Source of the DNA: Anaerolineae bacterium
Lineage (GTDB): Bacteria > Chloroflexota > Anaerolineae > S140-20
Assembly: GCA_027021705.1 (NCBI GenBank)
Contig: JALUTT010000073.1
Span: 29,535 to 93,534, forward strand
Direction of reading: 5' to 3'
Length of the DNA: 64,000 bases
Positions 56,653 to 64,000 of this stretch are shown here, one piece after another. The position numbers and the translations under genes were made by a program. The number at the start of each line of letters is the position of its first letter. Position 1 is the first letter of the stretch. Under the pieces are notes generated by a model, which was not told where the DNA came from, did no database searches, and saw only the letters and a program-made list of their open reading frames with translations.

Positions 56653-56727
56653 GTCAGGTAGCTCACCGGCAGAGCGCACGTTGAACGATCGTGAGGCAGT
56701 GGGTTCGATTCCCACCCTGACCACCAT
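56653..56727 (+). tRNA. tRNA-like gene with encoded CCA and non-canonical anticodon loop (possible pseudo-tRNA or unusual tRNA)
   Basis: Folds by hand: 7-bp acceptor GGTCAGG/CCTGACC, U8, D-stem GCTC/GAGC with A14 and G18G19, G26...A44, T-stem GTGGG/CCCAC with T-loop TTCGATT, discriminator A, encoded CCA. The anticodon arm CACGT-TGAACGA-TCGTG has a U.U at 31-39 and G at position 33 (nominal anticodon AAC), or alternatively a 4-bp stem with a 9-nt loop. Confidence 0.5.
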
Positions 56728-56806
56728 CGAGGTTAGCGACGAGGGGTGGGGGATCAAGAAGCATCGGGGCGACCCAGAGGGGTCGCCCCAATGGTTTGGG
56801 GTTTTC

Positions 56807-57607
56807 CTACACCTCGGCGGACCTCAGCAGCTCGATGGCGATGGTCACCACTAGGCTGGCGATCTCGCCCTGGTGCTGGTCAATCTGTTCGTAGATGCGA
56901 CTTCCCCATCCCCTCTGGGCGGCCTGCTCCCGCAGCACCGCCTTCAGCGCCTCGGAGGACTCCCCGCCCCCTCGAGCCCGCTCCAGGACATCGTCCAGCC
57001 CTTCCAGGATCGGGTCGGTGATCAGGGCCTGCAGCCTGTCTACCAGGGTGTAGTACTGGGTTCGGTAGCTCTTTTGGAGCTGGGTGTATCGCCCCACGTC
57101 TAGCAGGCCCTGATCGTACTGCCGTCGGGTCTCGTTCAACACATCGTCCAAGGCTCGGAGTTCGGCGTAGAGCTGGCTCAACCGCTCTACCGTCTTCGCC
57201 CGCGTGACTTCTCGCTCGCCTCTTGCTAGGGTAGTCGTGACCACCTCTTCGAAGTAGGGGATGTCGAAACGGTTCTTCTCGATGAAGTCCACGATCTGGA
57301 ACTCTTTGAAGGCGACCCGAACCACCTGGATGGTCCCCCGACCGCTGACGATGATGCAGCGGGTGTTCTCGTGGTGGTGGCGGATGTGGTTGAGCAGACG
57401 CTGCCCTTCCAGGAGGGGCGTGGCCGCATCCAGCTCTAGGTCCAGGATGACGAGGGAGAAGGGGGAGACCTCTTCGAGGGCCTGTCGGGCCTGCTGATAG
57501 GTGCTGGCCAGGCTCACCCGGTATCCCAGGTCTTCCAGAATCTCCCGCAGGATCGCCTGCCACTTAGGGTCGTCTTCCACGATCAAGATTCGCGGTGCCT
57601 CGCTCAT
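56807..57607 (-). CDS. Response regulator: REC domain + ~140-aa C-terminal domain of unknown function
   Basis: RILIVEDDPKWQAILREIL...LVILDLELD. No recognisable DNA-binding output. Confidence 0.8.
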   Translation of the reverse strand: MSEAPRILIVEDDPKWQAILREILEDLGYRVSLASTYQQARQALEEVSPFSLVILDLELDAATPLLEGQRLLNHIRHHHENTRCIIVSGRGTIQVVRVAFKEFQIVDFIEKNRFDIPYFEEVVTTTLARGEREVTRAKTVERLSQLYAELRALDDVLNETRRQYDQGLLDVGRYTQLQKSYRTQYYTLVDRLQALITDPILEGLDDVLERARGGGESSEALKAVLREQAAQRGWGSRIYEQIDQHQGEIASLVVTIAIELLRSAEV

Positions 57608-57619
57608 CGAGGTCCTCTC

Positions 57620-58912
57620 TCACAGGGCTCGGAGGGCGGTGGCCATCTCCCCGGCGGTCTGGTAGCGCTCCCCCCGGCGCTTAGCTGCGGCCTTGAAGAT
57701 GATCGTCTCCAGGGCGGGTGGAATGGCGGGGTTGAGCTGGCGGGGAGGCGGCAGAGGCTCAGAGATGTGCTTGATCGCCACCGCCACGGGCGTGTCCGCC
57801 TGGAAGGGTACCTGTCCGGTCAGCATCTCGAAAAGGACGATGCCCAGCGAGTAGATGTCGGCCCGGTGATCCACCGGCTCTTCCATCGCCTGCTCTGGTG
57901 ACATGTAGTTGAAGGTGCCCACGATCCCTGTCCGGGTCAGTTGCGGCCCTTCCACCAGCTTGGCGATGCCGAAATCGGTGATCTTCACCTGATCGCCGGG
58001 CAGAAGGATGACATTGGAGGGCTTGATGTCGCGGTGGATCACCCCTTGTTGGTGGGCGTAGTCCAGGGCATCGCAGATTTGGATGGCGATCTGGACGCTC
58101 CGTTGGACGGACAACGGCCCCTCCCGTTCGATGACCGTCGCCAGGGTGGGGCCGTCCAAATACTCCATCACCAGGAAGGAGGTTCCCCGGTCCTCCGCCG
58201 CGTCGAAGACGATGACGATGTTGGGGTGGACCAATCGGCCCGCCGAACGGGCCTCCCGTCGAAAACGCTGTTGCAGTTCCGGGTGGGCGCTAAGGGCCGG
58301 ATGGAGCACCTTCAGGGCCACGATGCGGTCAATGTTGGGATCACGGGCCTTGTAGACGATCCCCATGGCCCCCCGGCCCAGCTCCTCCAGGATCTCGTAG
58401 CGCCCGATGTAGCGTCCATCGGCCCGTTGCTCCTGCCGTTGGGCTTCCATCAGGGCCTTGTAGACGATCTCCCGGAACTCCTGGAGGTCGAATTGGTCCT
58501 TGGTGATGAAGTCGAAGACGTTGTAGCGTTTGAAGAAGTCCCGCACCTGCATCGTGGAGATGTCGGGCCGGCCTGTTACCACGATGCAGAGGGCCTGGGG
58601 GTAGTGCAGGTTGACGTAGTGGACAATGCGCTGCCCTGCCTTGACCTGAGGATACGAGGTGCCTTCGATGTCGGATACGCTGCCTCCTAGATCGGGCAGG
58701 CCGATGTCCACGGTAACCAGGTGGAAAGGGCGTCCCTCGTCCTGGGCTCGGGTCAGGGCTCGCTTCGCCTCTTCGTAGCTGGAGGCCAACTCCACCTCGC
58801 AGGTGTCCTCTAGCGTCTCCCGCAGCACCTGCTGCCAGTAGTGTTCATCCTCCACCACCAACACCCTACCCCAGTGCGCCGAGGCGTTCTCTTCTCCCGT
58901 CATCATCTTCAC
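57620..58912 (-). CDS. REC-domain / Hanks-type Ser/Thr protein kinase fusion
   Basis: N-terminal REC (RVLVVEDEHYWQQVLRETL...LVTVDIGLPD). Kinase subdomains: GRGAMGIVYKA, VALKVL, HRDIKPSNVIL, ITDFGIAK, SPEQ. Confidence 0.85.
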   Translation of the reverse strand: MKMMTGEENASAHWGRVLVVEDEHYWQQVLRETLEDTCEVELASSYEEAKRALTRAQDEGRPFHLVTVDIGLPDLGGSVSDIEGTSYPQVKAGQRIVHYVNLHYPQALCIVVTGRPDISTMQVRDFFKRYNVFDFITKDQFDLQEFREIVYKALMEAQRQEQRADGRYIGRYEILEELGRGAMGIVYKARDPNIDRIVALKVLHPALSAHPELQQRFRREARSAGRLVHPNIVIVFDAAEDRGTSFLVMEYLDGPTLATVIEREGPLSVQRSVQIAIQICDALDYAHQQGVIHRDIKPSNVILLPGDQVKITDFGIAKLVEGPQLTRTGIVGTFNYMSPEQAMEEPVDHRADIYSLGIVLFEMLTGQVPFQADTPVAVAIKHISEPLPPPRQLNPAIPPALETIIFKAAAKRRGERYQTAGEMATALRAL

Positions 58913-59293
58913 CTAATACAACACTTGATGCAAAATGGTGATGTACTCGAGGAGGTCAAACCGGCTCTTATCCAGGAAGGCGAAGGGATGGAAACGCTGT
59001 ACGCTGGCCTGGGTCACCTGGCGCGATCCGCTGACCACGATGGTGGGAATAGCGCGGCCCGATCGCGCGATGTACTGCAGGACCCTCTCGCCATCCCGAT
59101 TGCCTTGAATGCCCGTCAGGTTGATGTCCACGACGGCCAGGTCGAAGGGCTGGGCCTCCAACGCGGCGATTGCTTCCTGGTAGCTGCGGGCGGTGGTGAT
59201 CAGGTGGCCCTCTTCTTCCAGAGGCTCCCTCAGGATCTGCTCCCGCCATTCCTCGTTGTCCTCGACAATCAGGATTCGGCGCTGCTTGGTCAT
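58913..59293 (-). CDS. Single-domain response regulator (REC)
   Basis: RILIVEDNEEWREQIL...DLAVVDINL...TIVVSG. Start is 1 nt after the STK gene stop. Confidence 0.85.
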   Translation of the reverse strand: MTKQRRILIVEDNEEWREQILREPLEEEGHLITTARSYQEAIAALEAQPFDLAVVDINLTGIQGNRDGERVLQYIARSGRAIPTIVVSGSRQVTQASVQRFHPFAFLDKSRFDLLEYITILHQVLY

Positions 59294-59296
59294 CCT

Positions 59297-62200
59297 TCAC
59301 CTCTCCTCTCCCGCGCCTGCCTCCCTGTCTTCCGTGCTCCCCTCCCGGCCTGGGGAGACTTTACGGATGGGTATGCGCACGATGAAGGTGCTTCCCTTCC
59401 CGACCTCGCTCTCTACCAGGATGTCCCCCCCCAACCGTCGCATAAACATCCGTGACCACCAGAGGCCGTAGCCCAGTCCTCCCTTCTTCGTTGTGGTCCC
59501 CATACGGAAAATTTCCTCTTGCTGGTCCTTAGGGATACCCGGTCCGGTGTCGGAAACGTAAACGCTCACCCAGTTTTCGTCGGTCTGCTCCGTCCGTATC
59601 CGCAGCGTGCCCTCATCCCCCATCGCCTCCAGCGCGTTGGTGATCAGGTTTAGGAAGACTTCGCTCAGTTGAGGGGTGGCCATCACTGGCGGCAGGTCCT
59701 CGGCGTACTCTTTGATCACGGTGATGCCCGGTGGCATCGAAGGGATCTCGGTCCAGGCCCGGATGATGGCGCTGTTCACCTGGATCGGCTCCAGCGTCAT
59801 CGGCTGGAAGGGGCGGCGGATCCGTCGGGCGATCTCCAGCGTCTGTTCGGCGTTCTCCCGGATGGCCTGGAGCTTGTCCCGCAGGTAGGCGTTGGTCAGG
59901 GTGCCCTGCATCATCTTCAACTCGATCTGCTGGAGCATGGCCCGGATGGCCCCCACGTTGTTGTTGATCCGGTGGACCATGTTGCCGGCGATGTCGGCCA
60001 TCGCCGCGATCTTCTCCGCTTCCATCTGCCGCCGTTGCGACTCCCGCATCGCCTCCAGGTAGCGGGCGTTCTGGATGGCGATGGCGGCCTGGCTCGCCAG
60101 CGCCTCCAGCAGCCGTTGATCGTCCCGAGTGAAGGCACCGGGCTTAGGGCTGCCGATGTTGATGACGCCGATGGGCTCTCCCTGAGGGCCGCCGAGAATG
60201 GGGACCGAAAGGGCTGACCGGGCCTCGGGGATGATCTCTCGATACCAATCGGCCCAGCGCCAGCTTTGCCAGGGGGGACGGGTGACGTCAGGCACGATGG
60301 TGGGCCGCTTCTTCTCGATCAAGCGGGTGACGCCCGTCTCGTCCAGCTTCAGCCGGATGGTGCTCTTGCTCAGCCCCCGACCGACCTTGGAGACCACCTC
60401 ACCGGCCAGCCGGTCCAGGAGCATAATGTTGCCGTAGGGAGCCCCGATGATGTTCAGTGCACCTTCTAGGATCCGGTCCAGCACCCGGTCAATGTCCAGC
60501 GTGGAGGTGATCGCCTTGTCAATCTTCTGCAGTTCTTCCAGTTCCCGAATCTTACGGTGCAGCTCCGCGTTGGCCCGCTCCAGTTCCAGGTTGGCCTGGA
60601 AGAGGTCCTGGTTGAGCTTCTCGAAGAGGCGGGACTTGTCAATGACCAGCGCAGCCTGGTTGGCGAAGATCCGCAGGGTGGTCAGTTCGTCCTCGCTGAA
60701 GGGGTGGGGCTGCCGGAAGTTCACGTAGAGGATGCCTAGGGGGTGGTCGCCCACGGCCAGGTGGAAGCCGGCAAAGGCCCGGATCTGCTCCCGGGCGATG
60801 AAGGGCGTCTCCAGCAGTTCGGGCGCTTCCCGTTCCAGGTCCTCATAGCAGAGGATGCCTTCCTGGCGGACCCGGTCGGCGGGATCGCGGACTGCCGTGC
60901 CCCCTTCCGTCAGCGAGAGGGGATAGCGGGTCCCGTAGGTGGCGACGTTCTGCACGTCGTAGACGTCGCCCCGGCCGGAGACGTAGGGGTAGATAACGGC
61001 ACAGTCGGCCCCCACCACCTCACACGCCCCTTTGACGATCTGCTCCAAGACCCGCTTGGGGTGCTCCGAGACCGCCTGGGTCACCGCCTGGCCCACCTCC
61101 AGGAGCGTTTCCATCTCCTGGATGCGTTTGCGTTCTTCGTCGAAAAGGCGGGCGTTCTCCACGGCGACGGCCACGGAGGCGGCCACCAGCCGCAGCAGGT
61201 CCTCGTCCTCCTGGTCGAACATCCCCCCGATCTTGTTCACCACCTCGATGACGCCGATGACCTCCTTGCGTCCGATCAGGGGGACGCAGAGAAGGGATTT
61301 GGTCTGGAAGCCGGTCATCTGGTCCAGTTGGGGCGAGAAACGCTCGTCCCGCTGCACATCCGGGACCAGCGCGGGCTCGCCCGTCTTCACCACCCAGCCG
61401 GCGATGCCCTCGCCCACGGCCAGTTGGATGTCGGGGCACTGGTTGCCCAGGCCGGGGGAGTGGGCGGCGACCAACTGGAGGACCGGCGGTTCCCCGCCTG
61501 GTTTGGGGGTGGTCAGCCAGATAGAGATCCCCTCGACCGGGAGGATCTCTCGGACGCCCTGGAGCACCCGGTCGAGCACCGCTTCCCGCTCCAACCGGGA
61601 GGTGAGCGCCTCGCTGATCTGGTGGAGTGTCTTGAGGCGCTGGAGGAGACGGGCGTTCTGGATGGCGATCCCCCCCTGGGCGGAGAAGATCTCCAGCACC
61701 CGTCCGTCGGCCTCGGTGAATCCCAGGTTGTCCCGCTTGTTGGAGACCTGGAGCACGCCGATGGGGGAGCCGCCGGCCCGGATGACGGCCAGGATGGTGG
61801 AGCGGACCCCCACCCGGCGGGCCAGGTGATCCAGGCGCATAGCCCGCACCATGGGATTGGTGGAGACGTCGTTGATGATCAACGGAAAGCCGGCCTGCCA
61901 GGCTCGCCAGATCTGGATGTTCCTCCGCAGGGGAATCTGGTAGTCCTGGAGAGCTTCGTCCGGCACCCCGTACCCGGGGGGGTGGTAGACCAGGCGCTCC
62001 TGCTCGGCGTCGTAAAGCAGGATGGCGGACATCTCTGCGTCCAGGAGGGTGGCTGCCTGTTCGTTCAGCTTTCGGTAGATGTCCTCGATGGCCGTTCCCA
62101 GGCTCATCTGGCCCAGGCGCAGGGAGATCTGCTGCAAGCGCGTCAGCTCCTCCACCCGCTGTTCCAGCTCCTCGAAGAAGGCATCCCGCTCCTGGCGCAG

Positions 62201-62614
62201 GCGGGCCTCTCCCAGGACTTTGCGCACGGCATTCAGCAGATGCTCCAGGGATTCGAAGGGTTTTTTGATGTAGTCTCGCACGCCCAGTTGCAGGGCCTGG
62301 ATGGCGATCTCCTCGTTGCCGTAGGCCGTGGTGATGATGGTCGGTGGGGTGAAGCCGTAGCTGCTGAGGGCCTGTAGGAGCGAGATCCCCAGGAGTTTGG
62401 GGCTGCGGTGGGGGGAGGGAATGCTATCGGCGGGACCGGGGGGGATCCGCAAGTCCAGGAGAAGCAAGTCGGGGCGTTCGTGGAGCGCCTTTTCTAGCCC
62501 TTCCCTCATATTGTGCGCGATGACAACTTGATAGCCGTTCTGCTCGAGCCAGAGGCCCACCATACGGGCCTGATCCACCTCATCCTCGACGATCAGAATC
62601 TTCTCACCAGTCAC
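59297..62614 (-). CDS. Hybrid sensor: N-terminal REC + at least 3 GAF domains + HisKA/HATPase_c histidine kinase
   Basis: REC (KILIVEDEVDQARMV...DLLLLDLRIP). Repeated GAF blocks (e.g. ...GVIEVVNK..., ...GVINIGSP...). Kinase H-box MVHRINNNVGAI, N/G boxes LITNALEAMGDEG, SDTGPGIP, GGLGYGLWWS. Confidence 0.85.
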   Translation of the reverse strand: MTGEKILIVEDEVDQARMVGLWLEQNGYQVVIAHNMREGLEKALHERPDLLLLDLRIPPGPADSIPSPHRSPKLLGISLLQALSSYGFTPPTIITTAYGNEEIAIQALQLGVRDYIKKPFESLEHLLNAVRKVLGEARLRQERDAFFEELEQRVEELTRLQQISLRLGQMSLGTAIEDIYRKLNEQAATLLDAEMSAILLYDAEQERLVYHPPGYGVPDEALQDYQIPLRRNIQIWRAWQAGFPLIINDVSTNPMVRAMRLDHLARRVGVRSTILAVIRAGGSPIGVLQVSNKRDNLGFTEADGRVLEIFSAQGGIAIQNARLLQRLKTLHQISEALTSRLEREAVLDRVLQGVREILPVEGISIWLTTPKPGGEPPVLQLVAAHSPGLGNQCPDIQLAVGEGIAGWVVKTGEPALVPDVQRDERFSPQLDQMTGFQTKSLLCVPLIGRKEVIGVIEVVNKIGGMFDQEDEDLLRLVAASVAVAVENARLFDEERKRIQEMETLLEVGQAVTQAVSEHPKRVLEQIVKGACEVVGADCAVIYPYVSGRGDVYDVQNVATYGTRYPLSLTEGGTAVRDPADRVRQEGILCYEDLEREAPELLETPFIAREQIRAFAGFHLAVGDHPLGILYVNFRQPHPFSEDELTTLRIFANQAALVIDKSRLFEKLNQDLFQANLELERANAELHRKIRELEELQKIDKAITSTLDIDRVLDRILEGALNIIGAPYGNIMLLDRLAGEVVSKVGRGLSKSTIRLKLDETGVTRLIEKKRPTIVPDVTRPPWQSWRWADWYREIIPEARSALSVPILGGPQGEPIGVINIGSPKPGAFTRDDQRLLEALASQAAIAIQNARYLEAMRESQRRQMEAEKIAAMADIAGNMVHRINNNVGAIRAMLQQIELKMMQGTLTNAYLRDKLQAIRENAEQTLEIARRIRRPFQPMTLEPIQVNSAIIRAWTEIPSMPPGITVIKEYAEDLPPVMATPQLSEVFLNLITNALEAMGDEGTLRIRTEQTDENWVSVYVSDTGPGIPKDQQEEIFRMGTTTKKGGLGYGLWWSRMFMRRLGGDILVESEVGKGSTFIVRIPIRKVSPGREGSTEDREAGAGEER

Positions 62615-62769
62615 CGCTTCCTCCCGTTCCTATGCAGATGACCTGGAGGGCGGAACCTCAAGCCTGCCACCCCCGGCAGATGTGGCAGACATCCCGCCCA
62701 GGTGCGAGGGGGGCAGGGACCATTATACCCCGAAGCCAGGGGGTTGGCAATGGAGCTCGCTGTGATGCA

Positions 62770-62890
62770 GGCTTTCGGTGCTCTCTTGTCACCCTCCCGC
62801 AGGTCCTGCGATGTCCGGCGACCGCTATGGTGTATCGAAGGCTCCCTACGAGGTGCTTCAGGCCGTGGGGAGGGCCTGCGGGAGGGCTTC
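62770..62890. repeat. Palindromic repeat family B, copy B4
   Basis: Stems CACCCTCCCGCAGGTCC / GGCCTGCGGGAGGGC around a divergent ~65-nt loop. Intergenic between the hybrid kinase start and the alkaline-phosphatase-family gene stop. Confidence 0.5.
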
Positions 62891-62934
62891 TCTCAAGGGG
62901 TAGAGCGCTGAAAAACCCTGGCTGCGATGGCGGT

Positions 62935-63984
62935 TTATAGCGCCTCCAGCCGGACCATCAGGAAGGGGACCAGCATCTCCTCAGGGGTCAGGCTGCCGTG
63001 GTGACCCCGCAGCAGGTGGGGTTCCTCTTCCCGCCGCTTGACCATCAACTGGGCACCACCCTGGGCCAGGGCCAGCAGGTCGCCGATGCGCCGGGGCACC
63101 CCGCGCGCCCACCCTTCGGAGCCGTTCCCCCGACCGAAGAGGCCAGCCTCCAGGGCTTGTGGAGCCTCGACGACGACGAACTGGTCAGCCAGCCGCTCCT
63201 GGAGGTAGGCGCGGACCTCCTCTACCGCCCCCTGCCGGGCGTGCAGGTAGGCGGCCCGAGCCTCCCCCGTCGGTGGGATGAGAAGCATCTCCTCCAACTC
63301 AGGGTGGTCCTCCATCCAGACGATGGCCTCCGGCGGCGTGCTGACCTGGCCGTGGTCGGCCATGAGGATCAGCAGCGTGCCGGCCCGCTCCGAAAGAGAG
63401 AGGTCGCGCAGCAGCTCCCTTTCCAGCACCCAGGAGAGGCTGCGCAGCTCGGCCTCCCACTGGGGGGAGTCGGGGCCGTAGAGGTGCCCAATGCTGTCCG
63501 GCCCGGCCCAGTAGACGTTGAGGAAGAGGGGAGCGTCTTGATGGGCTGCCAACATCTGGCGCAGGTCCACCCACATATCGGTGGCGTGGAAGTAGCCCAC
63601 CGAGTCGGCGACACCCCGCAGGAAGAGCTCGTTCAGCCCGCCCTCCAGGTAGCCGACGTAGGTGAGGGAGTGGGTGACGATGCCCCGCTCTTGGAGGCGC
63701 TGGCCCAGCCCCGGGACGGGGACGAAGTGGTCCAGCTTCAGCCCCCACTGGAGGAGCAGCCCCGGCACCTTGGTGGCGGCAGGACTCAGGCGGATCATAT
63801 CGCCCACAGCTCCCTGCTCGTAGAGCCAGAGCTTGGTGCCCAAGTAGCCGTGGACGGCCGGCGGCTGTCCCGTCCAGAGGGTGGTTAGGGCGGCCATCGT
63901 GGCCGAGGGGAAGGTGGAGGTGAGGGGGATGAGGCGACCGGCCTCCACGAGCCGGTGGAAGACGAGGCTCCCGTCGTCGTCCAA
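62935..63984 (-). CDS. Alkaline-phosphatase-superfamily protein (type I phosphodiesterase / nucleotide pyrophosphatase-like); N-terminus may run off the window
   Basis: Metal-ligand motifs LLILMADHGQ and GHHGSLTPEEMLVP, and MADHGQVST, are typical of the AlkP core. The start is uncertain because the window ends 16 nt beyond 63984. Confidence 0.6.
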   Translation of the reverse strand: MDDDGSLVFHRLVEAGRLIPLTSTFPSATMAALTTLWTGQPPAVHGYLGTKLWLYEQGAVGDMIRLSPAATKVPGLLLQWGLKLDHFVPVPGLGQRLQERGIVTHSLTYVGYLEGGLNELFLRGVADSVGYFHATDMWVDLRQMLAAHQDAPLFLNVYWAGPDSIGHLYGPDSPQWEAELRSLSWVLERELLRDLSLSERAGTLLILMADHGQVSTPPEAIVWMEDHPELEEMLLIPPTGEARAAYLHARQGAVEEVRAYLQERLADQFVVVEAPQALEAGLFGRGNGSEGWARGVPRRIGDLLALAQGGAQLMVKRREEEPHLLRGHHGSLTPEEMLVPFLMVRLEAL

Positions 63985-64000
63985 CGCCTGGAGAAAGGCC

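Noticed and set aside
62935-63984. Alkaline-phosphatase-family gene as PglZ of a BREX/Pgl defence system
   Set aside because: No BrxC/PglY ATPase, methyltransferase or other BREX partners are adjacent. The motifs fit a generic nucleotide pyrophosphatase/phosphodiesterase.

Overview
This is a high-GC (~67-68%) bacterial chromosomal segment. The gene content suggests a Chloroflexota-like thermophile (inference only, low confidence): frequent Uma2 endonucleases, four-helix-bundle/Avd-like proteins, TPR/HEAT giants, REC-rich signalling, GT4 glycosyltransferases. Most of the window is housekeeping: moaA, pepA, trxA, purB, purA, an M20 peptidase, aroA, folB-folK-folE, guaA, pth and mfd, together with glycosyltransferase/EPS genes. 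Accessory content is interleaved with these. (i) A PIN/Phd toxin-antitoxin pair sits at the left edge. (ii) There are two Uma2-family PD-(D/E)XK nucleases, one translationally coupled to a two-component system. (iii) A 5.67-kb gene encodes an N-terminal trypsin-like serine protease fused to a STAND/NACHT-type P-loop NTPase and about 1000 aa of HEAT-like repeats; this Avs/bNACHT-like architecture is the most interesting candidate. It lies next to a divergently oriented motor-only mini-FtsK ATPase and small membrane proteins, and is bracketed by MITE-like repeats. (iv) A ~150-bp MITE-like palindromic element with terminal inverted repeats occurs in three copies, two of which have clear target-site duplications. 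(v) A second family of long-stem palindromic elements (CCCTCCCGCAGG...CCTGCGGGAGGG) occurs in four copies, one with a 13-bp duplication. (vi) Heptanucleotide tandem arrays (YTCACGY)n occur at three loci; two of them form an inverted pair around an Avd-like four-helix-bundle gene. (vii) A small NHLP/Nif11-leader-like peptide gene sits next to a REC/HK/RR module. (viii) A four-gene cluster encodes only REC-domain proteins, including a REC-Ser/Thr kinase fusion and a REC-multiGAF-histidine kinase. (ix) A low-GC islet carries an Ogg2-like HhH glycosylase. (x) A tRNA-like gene has a non-canonical anticodon loop. No CRISPR array, rRNA or complete prophage was seen. Many long ORFs in alternative frames are GC-bias artefacts.
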